A stretch of 64,000 nucleotides of DNA. Source: an uncultured Roseivirgaceae bacterium (GTDB lineage Bacteria > Bacteroidota > Bacteroidia > Cytophagales > Cyclobacteriaceae). The notes beneath the pieces are model-generated. The model ran no database searches. It was not told the origin of the DNA and saw nothing but the letters and a program-made list of their open reading frames with translations. Of this stretch, positions 19,160 to 28,192 are shown piece by piece; the first letter of the stretch is position 1, and each line of letters begins with the position of its first letter. The DNA lies in contig CAYQOM010000002.1 of NCBI GenBank assembly GCA_964419145.1, forward strand, positions 726,511 through 790,510, given 5' to 3'. The position numbers and the translations under genes are program-made.

Positions 19160-22100
19160 TTAGCTTCTGAATTTGGGAATAGAAAAATAGAATATGCTTC
19201 CTTTACCTGGTTGTGAGTTAACACCAATGGAGCCGCCATGGCGCTCCACAATTTTTTTACAGATGGCCAGGCCAATCCCTGTGCCGCTGTGTTCAGATCG
19301 GTTGTGTAGCCGTTGGAATACGATAAAGATCTTATCATAGAATCGTTCATCAATACCAATGCCGTTATCTTCTATTTCCATATACCAGTATGCTGTGTTT
19401 TCACGGCTGCGGATATGAATTTGTGGAGTTTGATCGGGCTTGCGGTATTTAACGGCATTCGAAATCAGGTTTTGAAAAAGTTGGAACATCTGTGTGCGTA
19501 TGGCATGCACGGTTGGAAGTGTTTGCACATGGATGGTTACATGGTTCTCCTGAATAAGCGATTTCAATGATGCGCGAACATCTTCCAGGATGAGGTTCAG
19601 GTTTACCGATTCGAACGGCTGTGCCTGCGTTCCCAGTCGAGAGTAGGCGAGCAGATCAAGAATCAGTTGCTTCATGCGTTCAGCGCCATCCACGGCAAAA
19701 TGAATATAATGCTGTGCCTGCGCATCCAATTGGCGGTTGTATTTCTTTTCCAACAACTGTAGAAAACTGCTCACCATTCGCAAAGGCTCTTGTAGATCGT
19801 GGGATGCTACGTACGCAAACCGTTCCAGTTCCTGGTTGGAAGCAGCCAATTCTTCGGCTTGCTTTCGCAGATCTTCATTTAATTCACGCAAGGTTTCTTC
19901 TGTTTTTTTCAGGCTGCTGATGTCCTGCATGTAGCCATACCACATCACACCGCCATCGGGTTTGCGTTCAGGACGAGCTGAGGCTTGAATCCATTTTACC
20001 GGGCCAATTTTTTCGTTGGTGCGAAACTCAACTTCCCATTCGGTAAGGCTTTGGTATGATTCAATGATCGATCGTTTAAACTGCGCAGCATCATCATCGT
20101 GAATGAGTGTAAATTCAGTAATCGGATTTTTGATTATTTCGTCTGCTTTTACAGCAGGCCAAATCAATTCAATACCCTTGCTCATAAAAGGAAAGCGCAT
20201 GGTTCCAGAGGCATCCATTTCGAATTCATAAATTACAGCAGGAACTTTATTGGTGAGCTTGATCAAGCGTTGATGGCTCTCTTTCAAACGTTGTTCGGCC
20301 AGGTAACGCTCGGTAACATCAATACTTACAATAATCATGGCGCGTCTGCCTTCGTACTGCACCTCATGCCCGGCTAATGACACATAAATAATATCTCCGT
20401 TTTTCTTTACGTGTCGCCAGCGCCCCAAGCGTTGCGTTTCATTACGCGGTTGTTGTCGGTTTATTTTTTCGATCATGTACACATCTTCCGGAGGTCGGAT
20501 ATCCTTGATCGTCATGGAAAGGAACTCTTCTCGGCTGTATCCGTAGTGTTCAACTGCAGAATTGTTCACCTCCAGTATCTCCAGGGTTTCAACATCAAAA
20601 ATCCATTTCGGTAACGGACTGCTATCAAATAAAAATTTATACTTTTCCTCTGAGGCTTTCAGTGCCATTTCGGCTACTTTTGTTTCAGTTATATCGGAAA
20701 ACACATAAACGATTGAGCGAATACCCTCTTCATGAAGCAGGTTGGTGTAGTTGCCATTGACCCAGATGTATCTGCCATCACTGGCTTTTAATCGGTGAGT
20801 CTTGCGAACGGATGTTCCGGGTGCTGCAATCAGTTTGGAAAAAAATGCAATATCTTCAGATTTTTCATCTGGATGATTGAGGGAACCTAATGTTATCTCC
20901 TGCAAATTTTTTAAGGTGTAACCGGTAATCCGTTGTACGGAAGGACTTTGAAACCTGATTGTTCCATTTTGGTCAATCAACACAATGCCATCCGAAATAT
21001 TTTCAATAATCTTTCTGAAATACCGCTCACGTTTTTCAAGCGACTCTTTGGCTTTTTTTCTTTCGGTAATGTCCAGCCCAACACCAATCAGGTACGATTG
21101 ATCATTTAGGGTTACATGTATCCCGTTGAAGTAATAAGGTATTTTTAAACCACTTTTTGTAAAAAAGTGTGCGTCCACCTCATCCTTTCCGGATTTGAAA
21201 ACATTTTCAATTTTTTCACGAAGCAATTCTTTTTCATCTTCATCAAAAAAGTCGATCGGGCTCATGCCTGCCATTTCTTCAGCTGAATATCCGGAGACCA
21301 ATTCAAAATTCTTGTTCCAGCGAATGAACTTTCCATTGACATCATACAAATAGAAAATTCCCGGAAGACTGTTTATGATGAAATCGGATAATGTACGTTC
21401 GTTGGCCAGTTCAAGTTCGGTTTTCTTAGCTGCTGTATTGTCTTTATAAAATAACGTGAGTCCATCGGTGGATGGATAAATCTTTACAGAAAACCATTTG
21501 TCCATAGGAGGGTAGTAGCTCTCCGCTTCAACCACTTTACGGGTTTCCATGGCCTCGTGATACTTGTCCCAGAAAATGGTATCTTTCATACCGGGGTGCA
21601 CTTCCCATATGTTTTTTCCAATGGTTTCTTCACGTCCCAGCGGATGAGTGGCTAATGCGGCATCATTTAAAAACGTATAGCGCCAGTTGTTGTCAAGCGA
21701 CACTACGCCATCGGTAATTCGGTTCAATACGTTTTCCTTTTCCTTGTAGGCATTGAGAATGGCTTGTTCTGATTTTTTACGTTCCGTTGCATCTTTAAAA
21801 TAAATGGAAAGGCCGTCTGGAGATGGATAGATGTGATTTTCAAACCACAGGTCATAAGGTGGATAATATTCCTCCAGGTAAGTGTATTGCTGTTTCTCCA
21901 TCGCCTCGTAATAGGCTTTGTAAAAGGGTTGGCCGACACCTTCCGGAAATTCTGTCCAGATGTGTTTGCCGATCATTTTTTCAGGATTTCGATTGAAGAT
22001 TTTACCGGCTCGCTCGTTCATGTAGGTGTAACGCCAGTTTGTATCAAGTGCCACAAAGGCATCGCTCACCCGTTCAAGTGTAGCTTTGTAATTTTTCTGG

Positions 22101-22984
22101 GTTCTCTCCAACTCCTTTGTTCGATTGGCAACCAGATCAGTGAGTCGCGAAGGCTGAACCACCAGGGTATAGGTATAAAAACTTGCCACTACCGAAAACA
22201 ACAAGCCCAACAAAGCAAACCCCGCCACACTCTCCAGTCCAATAGGTTTAAGCGGAGCGACATAGATCTTCCAATCTCCCTGTGGAATGGTCATGCTTAG
22301 TGCACCTGCTGAGGCGGACGACAATGATGAATCGATAAAAAATTCCTCTTCGCCCGTGGTAGGATTGATCTTCGAAAATTGATAGCGAAAGCCTTCGGTT
22401 CCATTGTTAAGCCCGGCAGCTTCCAGTAAGGTAGAAAGCCTGATAATGACTACCGCAAATCCCTTAAAACTATCCCCATTAAATATGGGCAATCGGCCAA
22501 CGATGCCCTTTCCGCCCTGCTTCAATTCAAATGGACCGGCAAAGTAAAGCGAACGAAGGGAGATGGCGCGTTCGGCTTCGGGTCTTGTTTTCGGGTCTTC
22601 CAGAATATCATACCCAATTGTAGACTCATTTCCCGTTAAGGGGTAAACGTGTGTAATCACCCCACCTTGGGTAAGCTGCAGGGCATCAATAAAAAGATTA
22701 GTACTTAGAATAGTTCGGGCAACGGTATCAAAATGTTGAGGTACGCCATACTCGGTAACGATAAACGAAAGTGTTTTCGTTGCGCCCAGGCTATTACTAA
22801 GCGCTGTGGCTAATTTATTACGTACGGTACCCAATTCGGTTGATACTGACTCTTCTTCAGCTTTTTTATTAATGAGGTACTGCTGATAGGTAAGGCTTTG
22901 TGTAAGCAATAATGCTGCAATGAACACACCAAGGGCTGCCAGCAAAGGTTTTTCCAGCGGATTAAAGAGAATTTTTTTTTCCAT
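19160..22984 (-). CDS. CHASE-like extracytoplasmic sensor / multi-PAS histidine kinase
   Basis: 1274 aa. One TM helix is followed by a periplasmic domain with …VYPLTGNESTIGYDILEDPKTRPEAERAISLRSLYFAGPFELKQGGKGIVGRLPIF… (CHASE-like), then a second TM helix and at least 6 PAS repeats. The H-box is ASHDLQEPLRMV, the N-box is LISNAVKY, G1 is DNGIGI and G2 is GTGIGLAI. Confidence 0.85.
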   Translation of the reverse strand: MEKKILFNPLEKPLLAALGVFIAALLLTQSLTYQQYLINKKAEEESVSTELGTVRNKLATALSNSLGATKTLSFIVTEYGVPQHFDTVARTILSTNLFIDALQLTQGGVITHVYPLTGNESTIGYDILEDPKTRPEAERAISLRSLYFAGPFELKQGGKGIVGRLPIFNGDSFKGFAVVIIRLSTLLEAAGLNNGTEGFRYQFSKINPTTGEEEFFIDSSLSSASAGALSMTIPQGDWKIYVAPLKPIGLESVAGFALLGLLFSVVASFYTYTLVVQPSRLTDLVANRTKELERTQKNYKATLERVSDAFVALDTNWRYTYMNERAGKIFNRNPEKMIGKHIWTEFPEGVGQPFYKAYYEAMEKQQYTYLEEYYPPYDLWFENHIYPSPDGLSIYFKDATERKKSEQAILNAYKEKENVLNRITDGVVSLDNNWRYTFLNDAALATHPLGREETIGKNIWEVHPGMKDTIFWDKYHEAMETRKVVEAESYYPPMDKWFSVKIYPSTDGLTLFYKDNTAAKKTELELANERTLSDFIINSLPGIFYLYDVNGKFIRWNKNFELVSGYSAEEMAGMSPIDFFDEDEKELLREKIENVFKSGKDEVDAHFFTKSGLKIPYYFNGIHVTLNDQSYLIGVGLDITERKKAKESLEKRERYFRKIIENISDGIVLIDQNGTIRFQSPSVQRITGYTLKNLQEITLGSLNHPDEKSEDIAFFSKLIAAPGTSVRKTHRLKASDGRYIWVNGNYTNLLHEEGIRSIVYVFSDITETKVAEMALKASEEKYKFLFDSSPLPKWIFDVETLEILEVNNSAVEHYGYSREEFLSMTIKDIRPPEDVYMIEKINRQQPRNETQRLGRWRHVKKNGDIIYVSLAGHEVQYEGRRAMIIVSIDVTERYLAEQRLKESHQRLIKLTNKVPAVIYEFEMDASGTMRFPFMSKGIELIWPAVKADEIIKNPITEFTLIHDDDAAQFKRSIIESYQSLTEWEVEFRTNEKIGPVKWIQASARPERKPDGGVMWYGYMQDISSLKKTEETLRELNEDLRKQAEELAASNQELERFAYVASHDLQEPLRMVSSFLQLLEKKYNRQLDAQAQHYIHFAVDGAERMKQLILDLLAYSRLGTQAQPFESVNLNLILEDVRASLKSLIQENHVTIHVQTLPTVHAIRTQMFQLFQNLISNAVKYRKPDQTPQIHIRSRENTAYWYMEIEDNGIGIDERFYDKIFIVFQRLHNRSEHSGTGIGLAICKKIVERHGGSIGVNSQPGKGSIFYFSIPKFRS

Positions 22985-23115
22985 CAGGCAGCTTGAATAG
23001 TAGGAGGATTAATGCCTTCATAAGATAGCACAATGAAACGAGATAATCCTAATCTCAAGGATGTGCGGCAATGGATTGTTGGTGGTTTGACGAACTACTA
23101 ATCAAGGTAGGTTTT

Positions 23116-24912
23116 CTAGTTGCAGTTCTTCATAATTGCTTCTGTGGCGGGTTCGTATTGCATGTCTTTAGCCGTAGCCAGATCCAGGCAGCCATCCAGT
23201 TTGCGCGAGGTATGGATTTTGATCATGCCCCGTTTGTAAAATACGCTGGCATCATTTGGATAAACCCGAATGGATTCGCTGTAATCGGCTATGGCGCCTT
23301 CGTAATCTTCAATCATCTCTTTTGCTGCAGCCCGGTTATCGTAATAAACCGCCTCATTGTTTTTGAGCGCTATAGCTTTTGTAAAATCCTTGATGGCACC
23401 TTTGTAATTTTCCTCGTGATATTTGCACAACCCAATAAGGTTATGGATGTCGCTGTTATCGGCTTCTAATTTCAGGTAGCTGGCAAATTGTTCTGTTGCC
23501 AATGCATATTCATGCAATTCGTACAAAGCCCTTCCATGGTTTTCGATGTATTGTGTGTTTTCAGGATTAAGTTTTACAGCAATGGAGAAGCTGTTACGGG
23601 CGCTATCGTATTGCTCCAACCGGTATTCTGAAACGCCTTTATAATTGAACAATTCTCCGCTTCGCAGATTGAGCGATAATGCTTTGTTGTATGCCAGCAA
23701 GGCATCCTCAAACCTGTCTAACTGCGCCAGTGAAACGCCTCGCTTGTAATGTGCTTCCGCATCTTCCGCGTCAAGGGTCAGGGCTTTATCAAAATCAGCA
23801 ACCGCCTGCTCGTACTGGCTCATGTTCATGTTTGCTGTTCCTCTGTTTTTATACGTCACTACACCTGGGCTAAGGCTCAACGATTTGTCGTAGTCTTTAA
23901 TGGCTCCACCATTATCACCCAGGTAGTATTTCGCTAATCCACGATTATTGTAGGCGGTTGAATGGTAGGGATCAATTTCCAGTGCTTTGGAAAAATCAGC
24001 GATGGCATCGTAGTATTCCTGTTGTTGCAGCCTGGTAAAACCGCGCGAGTTGTGCGCGCGAAAATTGCCACCATCTTCAGTGATTATTTTGGTATAGTAA
24101 TGCACAGCGCTGTCATACTGCTTTGTTTTAAAAAATCCATCGGCTATGTCGAATAAGGAGTTTTGTTGATTTGTTTTGTTGGCTTTCATCGCCAACACAT
24201 GTGCAGGAACCTCAAAAAGTGAATCGGCAAGTGCTAAATTGGTTTCAATACTTGAAAATCGGGCTTCGTAAGGCTGATCACTTCCAGCGTCCCGTATGTA
24301 TTGTGGAAAAACAAATTCATCATAAATTTTATACTGGCTGAATATCCGTTCACCTCTCTCATCTACTATTTTGTAAAGCAGGTGATCGGTTGTGCCGATG
24401 TAATAACGTGATTTAACGCGTGGTTTTGTTTTAGTGAGCTCCAGTTCATAAGCTTCAATGGAATCCAGCTTCGTTTTCCCCAGCAACTTCAACCGATAGC
24501 CGAGTTCCTGGTACTGTAGAAGGGTTTTGTTGGCATAGTCAAAATTGTTGTCCTCGCCATTTTTATGACTTTCATCTTCGTCAACCGGGGTAACGCTATG
24601 CTTGTCCTCCAGGGCATTATATTCCCATTTTATGGAGTCATTTGTCATTAATATAAACGTCAGGTTTTGAAACTGCATCTCCATACGAAAGGTATTGGGA
24701 AGCCTGAAATACACGACCAGTGGAAATGAAAGTTTTTCCATGCTCATGGTGCCCTGCAGCTTGGTTGATTGATAGATGCTGTCGTTTAGTGTTTGCTTAA
24801 GTGCTGTGCGATAGTTATCTACAATTGACTTTTCAGTTTGTGAAAAACTGATTTCAGTGGAAAGAAAAATGATAAGGAAAAAAGCAATGGAATAATCAAT
24901 AGGGGACCTCAT
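23116..24912 (-). CDS. Secreted TPR-repeat protein with an N-terminal ~240-aa beta-rich (LolA-like?) domain
   Basis: 598 aa with a signal peptide (FFLIIFLSTEISFSQ). The C-terminal ~350 aa are tandem 34-aa TPR units (recurring …A…Y…AI…DP….AYNNRG… patterns). Confidence 0.75.
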   Translation of the reverse strand: MRSPIDYSIAFFLIIFLSTEISFSQTEKSIVDNYRTALKQTLNDSIYQSTKLQGTMSMEKLSFPLVVYFRLPNTFRMEMQFQNLTFILMTNDSIKWEYNALEDKHSVTPVDEDESHKNGEDNNFDYANKTLLQYQELGYRLKLLGKTKLDSIEAYELELTKTKPRVKSRYYIGTTDHLLYKIVDERGERIFSQYKIYDEFVFPQYIRDAGSDQPYEARFSSIETNLALADSLFEVPAHVLAMKANKTNQQNSLFDIADGFFKTKQYDSAVHYYTKIITEDGGNFRAHNSRGFTRLQQQEYYDAIADFSKALEIDPYHSTAYNNRGLAKYYLGDNGGAIKDYDKSLSLSPGVVTYKNRGTANMNMSQYEQAVADFDKALTLDAEDAEAHYKRGVSLAQLDRFEDALLAYNKALSLNLRSGELFNYKGVSEYRLEQYDSARNSFSIAVKLNPENTQYIENHGRALYELHEYALATEQFASYLKLEADNSDIHNLIGLCKYHEENYKGAIKDFTKAIALKNNEAVYYDNRAAAKEMIEDYEGAIADYSESIRVYPNDASVFYKRGMIKIHTSRKLDGCLDLATAKDMQYEPATEAIMKNCN

Positions 24913-25045
24913 AAAACTGGAGTAAATCTAAAGGCCTAAAAATACGATATGAACGTTAGATTCACCAAAATTTCGTTTTACCAAATCAAAATCACATGAT
25001 TTTTAGCGCATGATTTTGTATACTTGAAAGAACGTTACCTACAGC

Positions 25046-25618
25046 ATGCAACGTACTACTGTATCTGATGAACTCACTCAATACTTAATCCGAATTGGAG
25101 AAGGTGATGCGGAAGCTTCACGGTTAGCGTTTCCTTATATTTATACAGAGTTGCAACGGGTTGCGAGGAGCGTCCGTTTTCAGTTTCATGGTGTCGATAC
25201 ATTAAACACAACAGCCATTATTCATGAGGCTTATCTGAAATTATCGAACACTGATAATCGCTGGCAAAGCAGTTCTCATTTTTATTGTGTGGCAGCCAAA
25301 GCCATGCGCCAGGTATTACTGAATGCCGCACGAGCTAAAAATTCAGACAAGCGTGGCGGAGAGGTGCAACATACTTCATTGGATGGACTTCATGATCTCA
25401 TCACACTTTCTCCCGAAACAAGTGAAAAGTTAATCGACTTTGAAGATCTCCTTCAGCAACTCGAACAACAGGATATACTATATGGCCGGATAGTGGAATG
25501 CCGCTTTTTTGCCGGTATGAGTATTGATGATACTGCCGAAGCGTTGCGGGTTTCTCCGGCAACTATAAAACGTAAATGGCAACTCGCCAGAAACTGGCTT
25601 TACATTCATCTTTCCTGA
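25046..25618 (+). CDS. ECF-type RNA polymerase sigma factor (Ser/Thr-kinase-associated ECF family)
   Basis: 190 aa. The N-terminus ELTQYLIRIGEGDAEASRLAFPYIYTELQRVARSVRFQ is typical of the Sigma70_ECF/TIGR02999-like family as I recall it. The region-4 HTH is MSIDDTAEALRVSPATIKRKWQLARNWL. Confidence 0.85.
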   Translation: MQRTTVSDELTQYLIRIGEGDAEASRLAFPYIYTELQRVARSVRFQFHGVDTLNTTAIIHEAYLKLSNTDNRWQSSSHFYCVAAKAMRQVLLNAARAKNSDKRGGEVQHTSLDGLHDLITLSPETSEKLIDFEDLLQQLEQQDILYGRIVECRFFAGMSIDDTAEALRVSPATIKRKWQLARNWLYIHLS

Positions 25619-25632
25619 TTCAACCATATTTT

Positions 25633-28071
25633 ATGAGGTACTCATTTGAACTGCTCGAAAAGCTTTACGTTGAATGTCTTGACAAATCGGAAGGGGAGCG
25701 CCTGATATTCATTGAGGAATCTTGTTCTGATAATCCGGAATTAAAACAAACCCTTATCCGGATGTTAAGTGTGGATGAAGGCGCTGATGATTTTTTTGAT
25801 CTTTTTCAGAAAACAATAGCTGGTTCAATGCTTGGCACAAGAAACCCAGAGTTAGAGTCAGGAAGCCAGGTTGGCAAGTACACCATTAAAAAGTTAATTG
25901 GCAGGGGCGGCATGAGCAACGTGTACCTGGCTGAGCGATCGGATGGAGAATTTGAGCAGTTAGTTGCCGTAAAGTGTTTGCCACATGCTCAGAAACATAT
26001 CGCGCTGGATAAAGCGGAGCAGCAATTGCTTGCCAAGCTTCAGCATCCGGGTATTGCTACATTGTACGATGCCGGTAAAACAACAGCAGGAATTTCTTAT
26101 TTTGTTATGGAGTATATCGATGGCAAGCCCATCGATGATTACGTTGAACAACACGACCTGACAACCCGCGACAGGCTTGATTTATTTCTACAGGTTACCA
26201 AAGCTGTGTCGTATGCACATCGGCACCTTATTCTCCATCTTGACTTGAAGGCTTCAAATATTTTAGTCACAGAAACAGGTCAGGTTAAGTTGCTCGATTT
26301 TGGCATTGCCACAGCATTGCAAGAAGAAGTGCCTCAGGAAAATTTTTTTCTTGGAACGCCTCAAATTGCCGCGCCCGAGCAAATGTCCAATACACCGCTT
26401 ACCTTGGCAACCGATGTGTATCAGCTGGGCATATTGTTGCACAAACTACTAACCGGAAAATTTCCAGGTCAACCGGAAGAATCTGATCGGGGCATAACCC
26501 GGGCGGATTTATCTCACTGGGCTGATCAGGAACGAAGAGCGCTAGACTCCATTCAATTTGAACTTCGGGCCATTATTAACCGATGCCTTGAGAAAAATTC
26601 ATTGAACCGGTATGCCAATGTTGATGAATTAGCTGATGACATTGAGAATTTTGTGCATCACCAACCGGTAGCTGCGGTTAATGGTGGGCGAGGATATAGG
26701 TTTAATCGTTTTATAAAAAGAAATCGTGTAGCTGCACTAAGTGCCATGCTGGTGTGTATATCATTAGTAATTGGAACGATGGTCAGCTTATGGCAAGCCT
26801 ATGAAGCGCGTGAACAGCGCGATCTCGCCATTCGGAACGAACAAGTATCTGCAGCAACCAAAAATTTTCTTATTGATTTATTCATGGCTGCGCATCCCAG
26901 TAAATCGAAAGGTGATACCCTCACGGTTTTTCAATTTCTTGATTTGGGTTACGAACGTTCTTCGACTTATGATGGATCGCCCGAAATAAAGCTCGATATG
27001 CTGACCACGTTTGGTAAGCTTTACCGTTCGCTGGGTGATTATAAGAAATCAAGTGCTGTGTTAGACAGTGCATTTGATTTTGCCCGTGAAGCCAAATTGC
27101 CGGTTTCGGTTTCGTACATACAAGCCATAGAGCAGTTAGCACTTTACCAACGCGATGTGGGTAACTATGACTCAGCACAAACGCTGTTGAATCATGTGCT
27201 TCGCTTATATGATGAGATCCAGTATCCAAAGCAGGATAGTGTATACACCACTTCTTTAAAATACCTGGCTTTTGTAGTAAAACTAAAAGACGAACCGGAC
27301 AGTGCCATTAGACTAATTGAGCAAGTAATAGCGTTGGAAGAAAGCATCTGGCCTGAAGCCAACAATCTTAAGTTGGCCGAGAGCTATTACATACTTGGTA
27401 CTATCTATAAAGATCAGAAGGAGTACGAAAAATCGATTGCGCAAATTTCCCAATCGCTAGCCATATGCCAATCGGTAATGGGTGAATATTATCCGGGTAC
27501 GCTGGCCAATTTCAATTTACTGGCCACGCTTCATAATCAAGCTGGTCAGCACGATCAGGCCTTGCAATATGCGTTACGAACACCAGCAATTGCTGTAAAG
27601 CTTTTTGGTGAATGGCACAGTGAAACAGGCACCACTATGGCAAACCTCGGTAAATTGCTGTTGGATCTCGATCAATACGACAGTGCATACAAGTATCTAT
27701 CAAGGGCTCATCAGATCAGAGAGAAGATTTTTTCTAGCAAACCACATGTTCATACCATGATCTCTTTGAATAACCTGATTAATCTTTTCCATTTAACCGG
27801 ACAAATTGATTCAGCGAGTTTATACCTGGAAAAGGGACTGATGATGAGTCGTTCTGAACGCATACAGGACCGCCAGCGGGTAGTCACCTATCGGTTAGCT
27901 GGTGAAATTTTTAAGAGTCGCGGCCAGTATGATTCTGCGTTGCGGTACTACCAGCAATCATTAATGTTGAGCAAGGATAATATGATACAGGATGATGATC
28001 CGCGTCTGACCTACTTGCGTTCGAAAATACAGGAAACAGATTCCTTGCGTTCAACTGCGATTGCTCCATAA
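25633..28071 (+). CDS. Ser/Thr protein kinase - TM - TPR repeat protein
   Basis: The track ORF starts at 25576 and overlaps the sigma gene. I prefer the ATG at 25633 (MRYSFELLEKLY…), 15 nt after the sigma stop. Kinase motifs are GRGGMSNVY (G-loop), VAVK, HLDLKASNIL (catalytic loop) and LDFGIA (DFG). One TM helix (AALSAMLVCISLVIGTMVSLW) is followed by ~400 aa of TPR-like repeats. Confidence 0.85.
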   Translation: MRYSFELLEKLYVECLDKSEGERLIFIEESCSDNPELKQTLIRMLSVDEGADDFFDLFQKTIAGSMLGTRNPELESGSQVGKYTIKKLIGRGGMSNVYLAERSDGEFEQLVAVKCLPHAQKHIALDKAEQQLLAKLQHPGIATLYDAGKTTAGISYFVMEYIDGKPIDDYVEQHDLTTRDRLDLFLQVTKAVSYAHRHLILHLDLKASNILVTETGQVKLLDFGIATALQEEVPQENFFLGTPQIAAPEQMSNTPLTLATDVYQLGILLHKLLTGKFPGQPEESDRGITRADLSHWADQERRALDSIQFELRAIINRCLEKNSLNRYANVDELADDIENFVHHQPVAAVNGGRGYRFNRFIKRNRVAALSAMLVCISLVIGTMVSLWQAYEAREQRDLAIRNEQVSAATKNFLIDLFMAAHPSKSKGDTLTVFQFLDLGYERSSTYDGSPEIKLDMLTTFGKLYRSLGDYKKSSAVLDSAFDFAREAKLPVSVSYIQAIEQLALYQRDVGNYDSAQTLLNHVLRLYDEIQYPKQDSVYTTSLKYLAFVVKLKDEPDSAIRLIEQVIALEESIWPEANNLKLAESYYILGTIYKDQKEYEKSIAQISQSLAICQSVMGEYYPGTLANFNLLATLHNQAGQHDQALQYALRTPAIAVKLFGEWHSETGTTMANLGKLLLDLDQYDSAYKYLSRAHQIREKIFSSKPHVHTMISLNNLINLFHLTGQIDSASLYLEKGLMMSRSERIQDRQRVVTYRLAGEIFKSRGQYDSALRYYQQSLMLSKDNMIQDDDPRLTYLRSKIQETDSLRSTAIAP

Positions 28072-28076
28072 AAATA

Positions 28077-28101
28077 GGCAGGCTGCATTTTGCAGCCTGC
28101 C
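28077..28101. terminator. Bidirectional intrinsic terminator hairpin between convergent genes
   Basis: ggcaggctgc-atttt-gcagcctgcc forms a perfect 10-bp GC-rich stem with a 5-nt loop. On the minus strand it is followed by tattttta. It lies 6 nt after the kinase stop and 92 nt after the minus-strand lipoprotein stop. Confidence 0.7.
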
Positions 28102-28192
28102 AACAGAAGAAAACTACTACCCACGCTATGATACTATGTTCGTGTATCTATCCGTGGCAAATGTATTTCTTCTGTACCTGAAACATACTTAA

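Noticed and set aside
24951-24976. An ECF-type autoregulatory promoter (GAAC … CGT) upstream of the sigma factor gene
   Set aside because: GAAC (24951-24954) and CGT (24974-24976) are separated by 19 nt. That is longer than the ~16-17 nt I would expect, and such short motifs occur by chance. It is not reported as a feature.
25576-25632. The upstream start of the Ser/Thr kinase ORF, which overlaps the sigma factor gene by 43 nt
   Set aside because: The extension (MATRQKLALHSSFLIQPYF) is read from within the sigma gene's 3' end. The ATG at 25633 gives the conserved-looking N-terminus MRYSFELLEKLY… just after the sigma stop.
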